Of a DNA stretch of 64,000 bases, positions 48,816 through 57,655 are shown piece by piece. The stretch is from positions 70,575 to 134,574 of the forward strand of contig JAETPN010000003.1 of assembly GCA_021771185.1 (NCBI GenBank), written 5' to 3'. Within the stretch, counting starts at the first letter, position 1, and each line of letters opens with the position of its first letter. The stretch is from Bacillota bacterium (lineage in GTDB: Bacteria > Bacillota_I > Bacilli_A > RF39 > UBA660). The notes under the pieces are model-generated. The model worked only from the letters and a program-made list of their open reading frames with translations. It was not told where the DNA came from and searched no databases. The translations under genes and the position numbers were made by a program.

Positions 48816-49253
48816 TTAAAAAGAAAATTTATTTTCTAATAATTTTTTTATATCTGCTTCTTCTAATTCTTGATGACTAATAATTCGATTGATACATGTA
48901 TATAGAAGGCGAAGACGAACTTTATCTTCTGGTTCTACATTAATAAATGTTAAACCAACTTTATATTTATTCTCTAGAAGCATATGAATCATTGCCTTTT
49001 TTTGTTCAAATGTAATATCAATAGCCGATACTGCATGATAGGGTATTGAATAAATTTTTTTTCTTTGTTTAAAACCCTTTTGATAATCAAATAATAAAAT
49101 TTTTTTATCTGTGAAAGAACCATGATCCCTTGGTGTTTTATACGCTGCTAGTATTAATTCATCATGATGTATATATTGATTAATATAACCAGGTAATTCT
49201 TTTATACCTACAACTTTTGAAAGTTTAAAATTTTTATTTTTAAAGTAAAACAT
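48816..49253 (-). CDS. small cytoplasmic protein, probable bacterial PH (YokE-like) domain
   Basis: 145 aa. The pattern ELILAAYKTPRDHGSFTDKKILLFD...IPYHAVSAIDITFE resembles bacterial pleckstrin-homology domains. Assignment is from recall only. Confidence 0.5.
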   Translation of the reverse strand: MFYFKNKNFKLSKVVGIKELPGYINQYIHHDELILAAYKTPRDHGSFTDKKILLFDYQKGFKQRKKIYSIPYHAVSAIDITFEQKKAMIHMLLENKYKVGLTFINVEPEDKVRLRLLYTCINRIISHQELEEADIKKLLENKFSF

Positions 49254-49392
49254 ACAACCACCCGCCTTTATGTATTATAGCATATCTTATTATAATTAGA
49301 TACAATATTTTAAACAATCAAAAAAAAGATTCTGCATATTATCCTTACATTTTCATATTTTGAAATATGTAAGTGTAAGGACGTGGAACAGA

Positions 49393-49803
49393 ATGAACCA
49401 AGTCGAAGAAGTTTTAACTTTTATTCAATTATTTAATCAACTATGTTATGATCGATACCATGAGATACTCACTGATGTACCACAATTAATATTTCTAAAT
49501 GGTTTGTGTTATTATTACGCTAAAATGTTATCCCATACATTTCAGCCATCTATTTTATATAGTAATGGTTCACACATTATTGTAAAAATTAATGAATTTT
49601 ATTATGATGCCTGTGGAATTGTATTAGAATATAAAGAATATTATCCATTAAGAAAAGATGATCTTCCATTATTACAAACATGGGGAATTATAAAATCTAA
49701 CATAGAAGATAAAAAAATAAATGACTTGATGGATAGTATTCAATTAAAAGCGATGGAAATGTTTAGAAACCAGAGGAAAAAGAAACAATTATTAAAAGAA
49801 TAA
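49393..49803 (+). CDS. hypothetical protein (about 136 aa)
   Basis: ORF opposite to the replication direction. First ATG at 49393 (track start 49360 is TTG). No recognisable family. Confidence 0.45.
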   Translation: MNQVEEVLTFIQLFNQLCYDRYHEILTDVPQLIFLNGLCYYYAKMLSHTFQPSILYSNGSHIIVKINEFYYDACGIVLEYKEYYPLRKDDLPLLQTWGIIKSNIEDKKINDLMDSIQLKAMEMFRNQRKKKQLLKE

Positions 49804-49836
49804 AAAAAATACAGAAATTTTTCTGTATTTTTATTT
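49802..49836. terminator. bidirectional terminator between convergent genes
   Basis: ATACAGAAA (49809-49817) / TTTCTGTAT (49820-49828) flanked by A8 and T5ATTT runs. Confidence 0.6.
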
Positions 49837-51735
49837 ATTAATTTTGAAAATTACTTGATACATATTTTCTAAATCATATTCTTCAATATCCATGTGATAT
49901 CCAAGAGCTTCTACTTGAGTAGCACAATTACGAATAAGGTCTAAAACAGACTTTAGATTTGAAGTTTCTGTAACCATTGGTTCGGGTTGAATCATATTTT
50001 GTGTATCTTGTACATTTTGAAAAGTATTCATTGTTTCAACTGATGTTTCACCAAAAGTTGGAATAGTTGGTTGTACTGGTTGTTCTACTACTGGAGTAGG
50101 TTGAATTGGTTCTGGATTCATAGCTGGCATTGGTTCAACATTTTCATTCATTATGTTTGGTGTTACATTTCTAAAATCCATATTAAAACCTAAATCTTGT
50201 GGTGTCTCCATCACTGGAGTTTGCATTGGAGTTGGTTCTGAAACATTAAAATCAAATCCTACATTTGATTGAACTTCTACTGTTGGCATTTCTACTACTG
50301 GAGTTGGTTCAACTACTGGTGCGGCTTCAATTGGTTCTAAGGTTGGTTCTTCAAAAGTTGGGAATACATTCATTGTATCAAAATTATTTTGTGTACTTTG
50401 TACATTTTGTTCTAGATTTACTGAATTTTCAAAGGTTGGCATAGATACTGATTCCATCGTTGGCACTGTATTTTCCACAGGTTGCACAGGTGGTACTGGA
50501 GTAGAAGCAATCAACTCTGGATTAATACCAAAACTTTGTGAAATAGTTGATTGTGGTTCTGATACAGGTGCTGGTTCAGTCACTGGCTTTGGTTCTACTT
50601 CAGCAATTGGTTTTGGTTCTTCTACAATATTATTATTGAAGAAAGAATCAAAATTATATTGTGGTGTTGCTGGAGTTGTTTCTTCTTGTGGCATAAAATC
50701 CATATTAGTTTCAACTTTTTCAATATCCGATACAAAACCTTCTGTTTGATTTTGTCCTGGGAAAATATTAAAGAATTTTCCTTGTGGTTCTGGTTCTTCC
50801 ACTTTTTCACTTGCCATTGCTGCATCTTGATGCAATAAGTTTTCTACATCAGCAGGTGGTGTTTCTGTAAAAATATCTTGTGCTTGATTTTCTATTTTAT
50901 TTACATCCATAAAACCAGGATTTAAATTTGTATTTACTTCTGGAATTTGTACTTCTGGAATACTTTGAGTTGGTTGATTCATCACTGGTGCTTGTCCTAC
51001 TTGATCCCCTTCAATTGGGGTATTTGGTATATTAAAATTCATATTTTCATTCATATGTTCTTGATTCTCCTTTTTATTCTCATCTAGGATTTCAAAATCC
51101 AATACTTCTATTTCTTCTGGTGTATCTTCTTTTGGTTGTTCCATATATTCTTTAATTACTTGATCCGTTTTTCTTACTGTTAAACGTTCACTGATAATTC
51201 GATTTAAAATCGTTACCTGATCTTGATTCGTTGGTAATTTTAATAAAGATCTTGCGTGGCGCTCTGATATCTTTTGTTCTAATAAAGCTTCTTGAACCTC
51301 TTCATCAAGATTTAATAGACGTAACTTATTGGCCACTGTAGATTGCGTTTTTCCTAATTTTGATGCTAATTGTTCTTGTGTCATCCCCATATCTAGGATT
51401 TTCCTATAAGATACCGCTTCCTCTATGGGTGTTAAATCCTGACGTTGAACATTTTCTATCAGGGCAACTTCTGCTGCATCTTGATCATTTAAATTGACAA
51501 TTAACGCAGGAATGGTAGATTTATTTGCAAGCATGCTTGCTTTATAACGTCTTTCTCCGGCAATAATTTCATATTTATCACTGATTTTTCTTACTACAAT
51601 TGGTTGAATCACACCATGTTCACGAATCGAATCAGCTAATTCATTAATATTTTTTTCATGAAATTTGATACGTGGTTGAAAACGATTTGGTAAAATATCA
51701 TCCAAAGGTATTTCAATTACGCGATTACCATTCAT
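49831..51735 (-). CDS. noc: Noc/ParB-family protein with a roughly 390-aa low-complexity insert
   Basis: N-terminal 190 aa: ILPNRFQPR, VIQPIVVRK, IIAGERRYKAS (ParB CTP-binding box), HTH LGKTQSTVANKLRLLNL, ISERHARSL. Last roughly 45 aa (LDLIRNCATQVEALGYHMDIEEYDLENMYQVIFKINK) resemble the Noc C-terminus. The middle is Pro/Glu/Val/Gln/Asn/Thr-rich. Confidence 0.85.
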   Translation of the reverse strand: MNGNRVIEIPLDDILPNRFQPRIKFHEKNINELADSIREHGVIQPIVVRKISDKYEIIAGERRYKASMLANKSTIPALIVNLNDQDAAEVALIENVQRQDLTPIEEAVSYRKILDMGMTQEQLASKLGKTQSTVANKLRLLNLDEEVQEALLEQKISERHARSLLKLPTNQDQVTILNRIISERLTVRKTDQVIKEYMEQPKEDTPEEIEVLDFEILDENKKENQEHMNENMNFNIPNTPIEGDQVGQAPVMNQPTQSIPEVQIPEVNTNLNPGFMDVNKIENQAQDIFTETPPADVENLLHQDAAMASEKVEEPEPQGKFFNIFPGQNQTEGFVSDIEKVETNMDFMPQEETTPATPQYNFDSFFNNNIVEEPKPIAEVEPKPVTEPAPVSEPQSTISQSFGINPELIASTPVPPVQPVENTVPTMESVSMPTFENSVNLEQNVQSTQNNFDTMNVFPTFEEPTLEPIEAAPVVEPTPVVEMPTVEVQSNVGFDFNVSEPTPMQTPVMETPQDLGFNMDFRNVTPNIMNENVEPMPAMNPEPIQPTPVVEQPVQPTIPTFGETSVETMNTFQNVQDTQNMIQPEPMVTETSNLKSVLDLIRNCATQVEALGYHMDIEEYDLENMYQVIFKINK

Positions 51736-51821
51736 AGTTCCCCTCCTATTCTTTTTATTCTTATAAAGATATTATAGTATAGTTTGGGAAATATTTCAAT
51801 CATTTTTGGGAAATATTTTTA

Positions 51822-51852
51822 ATTTTATAAAAAGTAGAACAATGTTCTACTT
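51822..51852 (-). terminator. terminator after rsmG
   Basis: AAGTAGAAC (51832-51840) / GTTCTACTT (51844-51852), then TTTATAAAATT on the minus strand. Confidence 0.55.
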
Positions 51853-52555
51853 AAAGTGGTCTTTTTTTTATTTCTGCATACTTGCGTGGATACTTTTTAG
51901 GTGTTTCTTTTATTTTTTGAATTTTTAATAAAGAACGTTGACTATCTTCTTTAGGTAATAAAAATTCTATAAGTTCAATCTTTTTACCACCTAATTGTTT
52001 TAGTGCCTGTTCACTTTCTTTGATTTCCTGTACAATATTGGCTTTCATAGGAATAAAATATTGATTTACTTTAACCATAGGTAAACAATATTCAAGAAGA
52101 ATTGGAAGAGGCGCCACAGCACGTGCAGTTACAACATCAAATTCCTCGCGATGGAGTAAAGCAAATTCTTCTGCGCGAGCATGTTTTGTGGTGATATTAG
52201 TTAACTTTAACTCCTTAATCACTTCATCTAAAAAAAGTAAACGTTTTTTTAAAGAATCTACTAAGGTCACTGAAAGGTGAGGAAAGAGAATTTTTAAAAC
52301 TAAACCTGGAAAACCAGCTCCTGTACCAACATCACAAAGTGTTGAAACTTGTGTTAAGTCCATCGCTTTTCTTAAGGTTGCACTATCATAAAAATGTTTT
52401 AAATATACTTGTTCTTGTTCTGTAATACCAGTGAGGTTCATTTTTTCATTCCATTCAACCAATAATTCATAATAACGATTCAGTTGAATTTCTTGTCGAC
52501 CCGTTATTTCAATATTCAATTCTCGTAAAGCATCTTTAAATTCCTCTATGTTCAT
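51851..52555 (-). CDS. rsmG: 16S rRNA (guanine527-N7)-methyltransferase
   Basis: LVEWNEKMNLTGI, DVGTGAGFPGLVLKI SAM motif; downstream of mnmG. Confidence 0.93.
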   Translation of the reverse strand: MNIEEFKDALRELNIEITGRQEIQLNRYYELLVEWNEKMNLTGITEQEQVYLKHFYDSATLRKAMDLTQVSTLCDVGTGAGFPGLVLKILFPHLSVTLVDSLKKRLLFLDEVIKELKLTNITTKHARAEEFALLHREEFDVVTARAVAPLPILLEYCLPMVKVNQYFIPMKANIVQEIKESEQALKQLGGKKIELIEFLLPKEDSQRSLLKIQKIKETPKKYPRKYAEIKKRPL

Positions 52556-54416
52556 GATTGTACTCCCTTTTTAAATAAACTAATAAAATCGCAATATCTG
52601 CTGGATTTACACCACTAATACGTGAAGCCTGGGCAACCGTAGTAGGACACACTTCTTTTAACTTTTGACGAGCTTCACTAGCTAAATTTTTAATTTGATC
52701 ATAATTAATATTTTCTGGAATTTTTTTATTTTCTAAATGATTTAGTTTTTCTGCTTCCTTATTGGCTTTTTGAATATATCCCTCATATTTTATATATATT
52801 TCAATTTGCTTTCTAATTTCTTCTTCTACTTCATATCCTAAAAAACATTCAAGATCTGCCAATTTAATTTCTGGTCTCTTTAATAAGTCATAGAGAGTAA
52901 TGCGATCTCGAAGTGGAGCAGTTTCTAGTTTTTCTAAATAAGCACTTACTTCTTTTTTGGGCGTAATCATCGTAATTTTTAAATCATTTAAAGCAGATTC
53001 TATTTTCTTCTTTTTTTCTTGTAAATATTGATATTGTTGGTCATTAATTAAATGATATTTATACCCATATTCACGTAAACGCAAATCCGCATTATCATGA
53101 CGTAATAATAAACGATATTCTGCACGAGAAGTTAATAAACGATAAGGATCTCGAACACCTTTCGTAACTAAATCATCGATTAAAACTCCAATATAAGCCT
53201 CATTTCTTTTTAAAATGAAAGGTTCTTTCTGTTCAATTTTAAGGCAAGCATTAATTCCAGCCATCAATCCTTGACATGCGGCTTCTTCATAACCACTCGT
53301 TCCATTAATTTGGCCAGCGGTAAATAAGTTTTCAATGATTTTTGTTTCTAAATTTTGTTTTAATTGTGTTGGATAAATCGCATCATACTCAATCGCATAT
53401 GCATATTTCGTAATTTCTGCATGTTCTAGGCCAGGTAAACTATGAACCATTTGCTCTTGAATATCATGAGGCATACTCGTAGAAAAACCTTGAAGATACA
53501 TGTCATCATAAAATAAACTTTCTGGCTCTAAAAATAATTGATGTCTTTCTTTATCCGCGAAACGAACAATTTTATCTTCAATCGAAGGGCAGTACCTTGG
53601 TCCTACACCTTCAATATCATCAAGTCCTCCATACATACTAGATTTAGATAAATTTTGTTTAATAATTTCATGTGTTTTTGGTGTGGTATAAATTAAATAA
53701 CATGGTTTTTGGGATGCAATATCATAATTAGGTTTGGTATCAAAACTAAAAGCATAACATTCCTCTGATCCTTTTTCTTCTTTTGTTTGTGTAAAATCAA
53801 CACTATTTCGTGCGATACGTTGAGGCGTCCCTGTTTTTAAACGAATAATTTTAAATCCTAAATCTTTTAATTTTTCACTTAGATAGTTTGAAGGTTTCTC
53901 ACCATGAGGTCCCTCACGATGACGAGTATCTCCAACTAAAATATCAGATTTTAAATAGGTTCCTGTGGTTAAAATAACTACCTCTGATTCTATTTTAGTC
54001 CCATCTTCTAAAATCACACCGCAAACTTTTTGTTCTTCTACAATTAAATCCTCTACCATTGCTTCTTTAATTTCTAAATTTTTTTGAGTTTGTAATTGTT
54101 TTAGCATTTCTTTTGGATAGGTAATTTTATCTGCTTGAGCACGAAGTGCTTGTACTGCTGGACCTTTCGTTGTATTCAACATTTTCATTTGAATTTGGGC
54201 TTTATCTGCAACCATGCCCATAGCTCCCCCTAAAGCATCAATTTCTCGTACAACAATCCCTTTTGCACTTCCACCAATACTTGGATTACATGGCATATCG
54301 GCAATATTTTGGATATTTCCCGTAAGTAATAGGGTAGAATGTCCCATTTTTGCACTAGCTAACGAGGCCTCACAACCAGCATGACCTCCACCCACAACAA
54401 TAACTTCATATTTCAT
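52536..54416 (-). CDS. mnmG: tRNA uridine 5-carboxymethylaminomethyl modification enzyme MnmG (GidA)
   Basis: YEVIVVGGGHAGCEA, GPRYCPSIEDK, FTAGQINGTSGYEEAA. Start ATG 54414-54416. Confidence 0.95.
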   Translation of the reverse strand: MKYEVIVVGGGHAGCEASLASAKMGHSTLLLTGNIQNIADMPCNPSIGGSAKGIVVREIDALGGAMGMVADKAQIQMKMLNTTKGPAVQALRAQADKITYPKEMLKQLQTQKNLEIKEAMVEDLIVEEQKVCGVILEDGTKIESEVVILTTGTYLKSDILVGDTRHREGPHGEKPSNYLSEKLKDLGFKIIRLKTGTPQRIARNSVDFTQTKEEKGSEECYAFSFDTKPNYDIASQKPCYLIYTTPKTHEIIKQNLSKSSMYGGLDDIEGVGPRYCPSIEDKIVRFADKERHQLFLEPESLFYDDMYLQGFSTSMPHDIQEQMVHSLPGLEHAEITKYAYAIEYDAIYPTQLKQNLETKIIENLFTAGQINGTSGYEEAACQGLMAGINACLKIEQKEPFILKRNEAYIGVLIDDLVTKGVRDPYRLLTSRAEYRLLLRHDNADLRLREYGYKYHLINDQQYQYLQEKKKKIESALNDLKITMITPKKEVSAYLEKLETAPLRDRITLYDLLKRPEIKLADLECFLGYEVEEEIRKQIEIYIKYEGYIQKANKEAEKLNHLENKKIPENINYDQIKNLASEARQKLKEVCPTTVAQASRISGVNPADIAILLVYLKREYNHEHRGI

Positions 54417-54488
54417 CTTTACCACGTCCTTTTTGACTTTCCTATTATACTTTAAATTCCTTAGAATGACAATAGAAAAGAATCTTAA

Positions 54489-55364
54489 TTATTTTTTTAA
54501 AGATTCTTCATTTTGTAACATATTCATCTTTTGATCTATTAAGTTTTTCATTTTAGAAAGAATATCCTTAAATTCTTCTACGATAAAAGTAAATTCTTCT
54601 TTTGTTAATTGATTATGATATACCGTATTTATCGTATTTATTAAATAAGCAGATACTTCATATAAACGTCCTATGTTATTTCCATCAATATATTGTTCAT
54701 TGGTACTATGATCTAAAACATCAAAAATAGGATGTGTGGGATCATAATGATATTCTTTTGCATGATGTTTATTTTTAGTAAATTCTAATGTATCTAAATC
54801 AAGAATACCTAAAATATACTGATTTCCAATGTGATAAGCTAAATTTTGTTTCTGATTCATCTCTTGGACATTTTGCCAAAGAGGACAAAGATCTAAAGGT
54901 GGAAAATCAAAAATAACAATCGTTCGGTAATCTTTATGAGGCCAATTTTTTAAACGATCTAAAAAACGTTGTTCATATTTTAAATTTAACAAATTTTTCC
55001 AAAAATGACCATATCCATATAGTCCTTCTTCCATAATCTTATTCGCATTTTCCTTTGTTGTACCATGTCCTCCAACCATATGTCTTGGATTCGTAAAAAA
55101 TTGATCATAGATATCTAAAAATTCTTTTGGAAAACCATGAAGTATAGGGGAGTCTTGTTCTTCTTTTTTTATTTCAATATGTTTCATATCTGTCAAATAA
55201 TTTTGAATCAAATCACAAAAGATTTGAAATTTTTCTATATCATACATTTGATCCGGCAAATGTTTAAATCGATTTGAATAATTTGTTTGATCAAACATTG
55301 ATAAAATTTCATGATTTAAAAATTGTCTTAATTGATTTGACCTGTTTTTATTTAATTCAATCAT
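54489..55364 (-). CDS. hypothetical cytoplasmic protein (291 aa) with PARP/ADP-ribosyltransferase-like HGT...GL motif
   Basis: ORF with GAGGGA RBS. Residues 100-115 are HGTTKENANKIMEEGL, followed by YGYGHFW. No TM or signal peptide. Confidence 0.6.
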   Translation of the reverse strand: MIELNKNRSNQLRQFLNHEILSMFDQTNYSNRFKHLPDQMYDIEKFQIFCDLIQNYLTDMKHIEIKKEEQDSPILHGFPKEFLDIYDQFFTNPRHMVGGHGTTKENANKIMEEGLYGYGHFWKNLLNLKYEQRFLDRLKNWPHKDYRTIVIFDFPPLDLCPLWQNVQEMNQKQNLAYHIGNQYILGILDLDTLEFTKNKHHAKEYHYDPTHPIFDVLDHSTNEQYIDGNNIGRLYEVSAYLINTINTVYHNQLTKEEFTFIVEEFKDILSKMKNLIDQKMNMLQNEESLKK

Positions 55365-55464
55365 AATTATCCCTCTTTTTTATTATAACCTAAAAAAAAG
55401 AAAAAAAGAGAAAAAAACTCTTTTTTATACATAAATGGACATTCCTTTTATTTCTGTTTGTTCA

Positions 55465-56277
55465 TTATCCTAATGCAACATCTAAAATCATCATGACAGA
55501 AAAACCAATTAACGTAAATAAAGCCATTAAATCTTTTTGTTTATTTGTTTGACTTTCTGGAATTAACTCTTGAACAACAACATAAATCATTGCACCAGCT
55601 GCAAAACATAATAAAAAGGGCATAATTAGTTGAACCTTCATCACAAGAAGAGCACCAATAATTCCTGCGATAGGTTCTACAATTCCACTTGCCTGACCAT
55701 AAAAGAATGCTTTTGTTCTACTATATCCTTCTCTTCGTAAGGGAAAACTAACTGCGGTTCCTTCTGGAAAATTTTGTAAACCAATTCCAATAGCCACTGC
55801 GAGTGCACCTGTTAATGTTACACCTGGTAATCCTGCTCCTAAGGATCCAAACGCCACACCTACGGCCATTCCTTCTGGAATATTATGAATCGTAATGGAT
55901 GTGATAAGCATTAAACAACGTTTAAAACTATCTTCTTTCGATTCATGTTTTCTTTTTGGGTGATGACGATTATATACTTTATACATATTATCACTAATAA
56001 ATAATAATAACCCACCACTAATAAATCCTAAAGATGACATTAACCAGGCATTTAATCCTAAATTGTTTGCTTGCGTAATTCCGGGTTCTAATAAAGACCA
56101 AAATGATGCAGAAATCATTACACCAGCTGCAAATCCAAGCATTCCATCCATAAAAGTTTTATTGATTTTCTTTAGTAAAAAAACCAGACTTGCACCTAAA
56201 GCAGTTACTGACCACGTAAAAAGGGTTGCAAGTCCGGCTTGTATTACTGGAGATAATCCACTAAACCAATCGAACAT
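55465..56277 (-). CDS. ZIP-family (ZupT/GufA-like) divalent metal transporter
   Basis: HNIPEGMAVGVAFG and QNFPEGTAVS motifs, eight TM segments, His/Lys-rich central loop. Confidence 0.85.
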   Translation of the reverse strand: MFDWFSGLSPVIQAGLATLFTWSVTALGASLVFLLKKINKTFMDGMLGFAAGVMISASFWSLLEPGITQANNLGLNAWLMSSLGFISGGLLLFISDNMYKVYNRHHPKRKHESKEDSFKRCLMLITSITIHNIPEGMAVGVAFGSLGAGLPGVTLTGALAVAIGIGLQNFPEGTAVSFPLRREGYSRTKAFFYGQASGIVEPIAGIIGALLVMKVQLIMPFLLCFAAGAMIYVVVQELIPESQTNKQKDLMALFTLIGFSVMMILDVALG

Positions 56278-56297
56278 ATTTACCTCCTATTTTTCTT

Positions 56298-57653
56298 TTA
56301 TTTTCCTAAACAAAATTGACTAAATAGTTGATCAATAAGTTCTTCTTCGTATGTTTCCCCAATAATTTCTCCTAATTTATTCCATATATTTTTTAAATCA
56401 ATTTCTAACATATCCATTGGTAGTTGTTGGTGTAATCCTTGTTCTACTTCTTCTAAAGAAGTTAGTGCTTGTTTTAATAATGAAATACTTCTAGCACTTG
56501 TTAAATAAGTCATATCTTCCATTTCAATTTTCTCTAACTGGAATATTTCCTTAATTTTAGCTTTTAATTCTTCTAAACCGAATTTTTCTGAGATACTCAT
56601 CTTGATACAAGGATGACCTTCTAATTCAGTTAAGTCTAAATGATTTTCTAAATCTTGTTTATTGATAATCAAAATATGATTTTTAGACTCAATTTCTTTT
56701 AATAATTCTAGTTCTTCTTCCGTTAATTCATCATGATTATTTAAAACAAAAAGTACAAGATCTGCTTGTTTCATTAATTCTATACTTTTGTTTACACCAA
56801 TGCGTTCTACAACATCCGTTGTTTCTCGAATACCAGCAGTATCAATCATATGTAAGATAATACCATCTAGACGAACAATACCCTCTACTGTATCACGTGT
56901 AGTTCCTTCAATATCTGTGACAATGGCTTTATCTTCATTTAATAACGCATTCAATAAGCTACTTTTTCCAACATTTGGCTTTCCAATAATTACTGTTTTA
57001 ATACCTTCACGAATGATTTTTCCATTTTCACTTTCTTTTAAAATACGATGGATTTCTTTTTTTACCATTTCTAAGTTAGGACACAGCATTTCATTGGTAA
57101 ACTCTACAATATCTTCATACTCAGGATAATCAATGTTTACTTCGATATTAGCTAAGATTTCCAATATTTTTTGACGTAAATTTTTAATTAACTCTGATAC
57201 TTTACCATCTAATTGTTGAACAGCTAGAGTTCTTGCTTTTTCTGTTTTTGCTTCAATTAAATCCATCACACCTTCGGCTTGAGTTAAATCAATTCGACCG
57301 TTTAAAAAAGCTCGTTTTGTAAACTCCCCAGGTTCCGCCAAACGACATCCTTGGCTTAATAATAATTCCAAAATACGATTCGTTGTAGCAATTCCACCAT
57401 GGGCATTAATTTCTACAACATCCTCCACCGTAAACGTACGTGGAGCACGCATGACAGAAACTAAGACTTCATCAACTATTTCTTCATTATCTATTATATG
57501 CCCATAATGAATTGTGTGACTAGGTACTTGTCTTACATCTGGTCCTTTAAATATTTTATGTACAATTTCTAAAGCCTCTGTACCACTAACACGAATAATA
57601 GAAATCGCTCCTACACCTAACGCTGTAGATATTGCCGCTATAGTATCTTCCAT
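56298..57653 (-). CDS. mnmE: tRNA modification GTPase MnmE (TrmE)
   Basis: DTIAAISTALGVGAISIIRVSG, GKPNVGKSSLLNAL, DTAGIRET, C-terminal FCLGK. Confidence 0.95.
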   Translation of the reverse strand: MEDTIAAISTALGVGAISIIRVSGTEALEIVHKIFKGPDVRQVPSHTIHYGHIIDNEEIVDEVLVSVMRAPRTFTVEDVVEINAHGGIATTNRILELLLSQGCRLAEPGEFTKRAFLNGRIDLTQAEGVMDLIEAKTEKARTLAVQQLDGKVSELIKNLRQKILEILANIEVNIDYPEYEDIVEFTNEMLCPNLEMVKKEIHRILKESENGKIIREGIKTVIIGKPNVGKSSLLNALLNEDKAIVTDIEGTTRDTVEGIVRLDGIILHMIDTAGIRETTDVVERIGVNKSIELMKQADLVLFVLNNHDELTEEELELLKEIESKNHILIINKQDLENHLDLTELEGHPCIKMSISEKFGLEELKAKIKEIFQLEKIEMEDMTYLTSARSISLLKQALTSLEEVEQGLHQQLPMDMLEIDLKNIWNKLGEIIGETYEEELIDQLFSQFCLGK

Positions 57654-57655
57654 AC

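Noticed and set aside
40430-49830. The accessory block might be a prophage, ICE or genomic island with defined ends.
   Set aside because: No integrase, recombinase, tRNA, capsid/tail, terminase or conjugation genes are present, and I could not find flanking direct repeats. There is only a lone amidase with no holin. It is better described as a degraded variable region.
50622-50825. A 67-aa minus-strand ORF lies in an alternative frame inside the noc-like gene.
   Set aside because: It lies wholly within the low-complexity insert, has a Lys/Gln/Ile-rich nonsense-like translation and no RBS. It is a by-product of the repetitive sequence.
908-56323. Many 60-155-aa ORFs in the supplied track lie antisense to or inside longer genes. 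Examples are 908-1090, 2210-2479, 4048-4266, 4563-4796, 4929-5174, 6641-7002, 8339-8620, 8681-9145, 10146-10349, 12474-12695, 15380-16149, 21156-21401, 23024-23383, 23694-24216, 25576-25872, 28032-28280, 31188-31532, 37576-37908, 44069-45976, 56063-56323 and 56788-57129.
   Set aside because: Each is fully overlapped by a longer ORF with recognisable conserved motifs on the other strand. They have low-complexity, AT-codon-biased translations and no RBS. These are shadow ORFs expected in AT-rich DNA.
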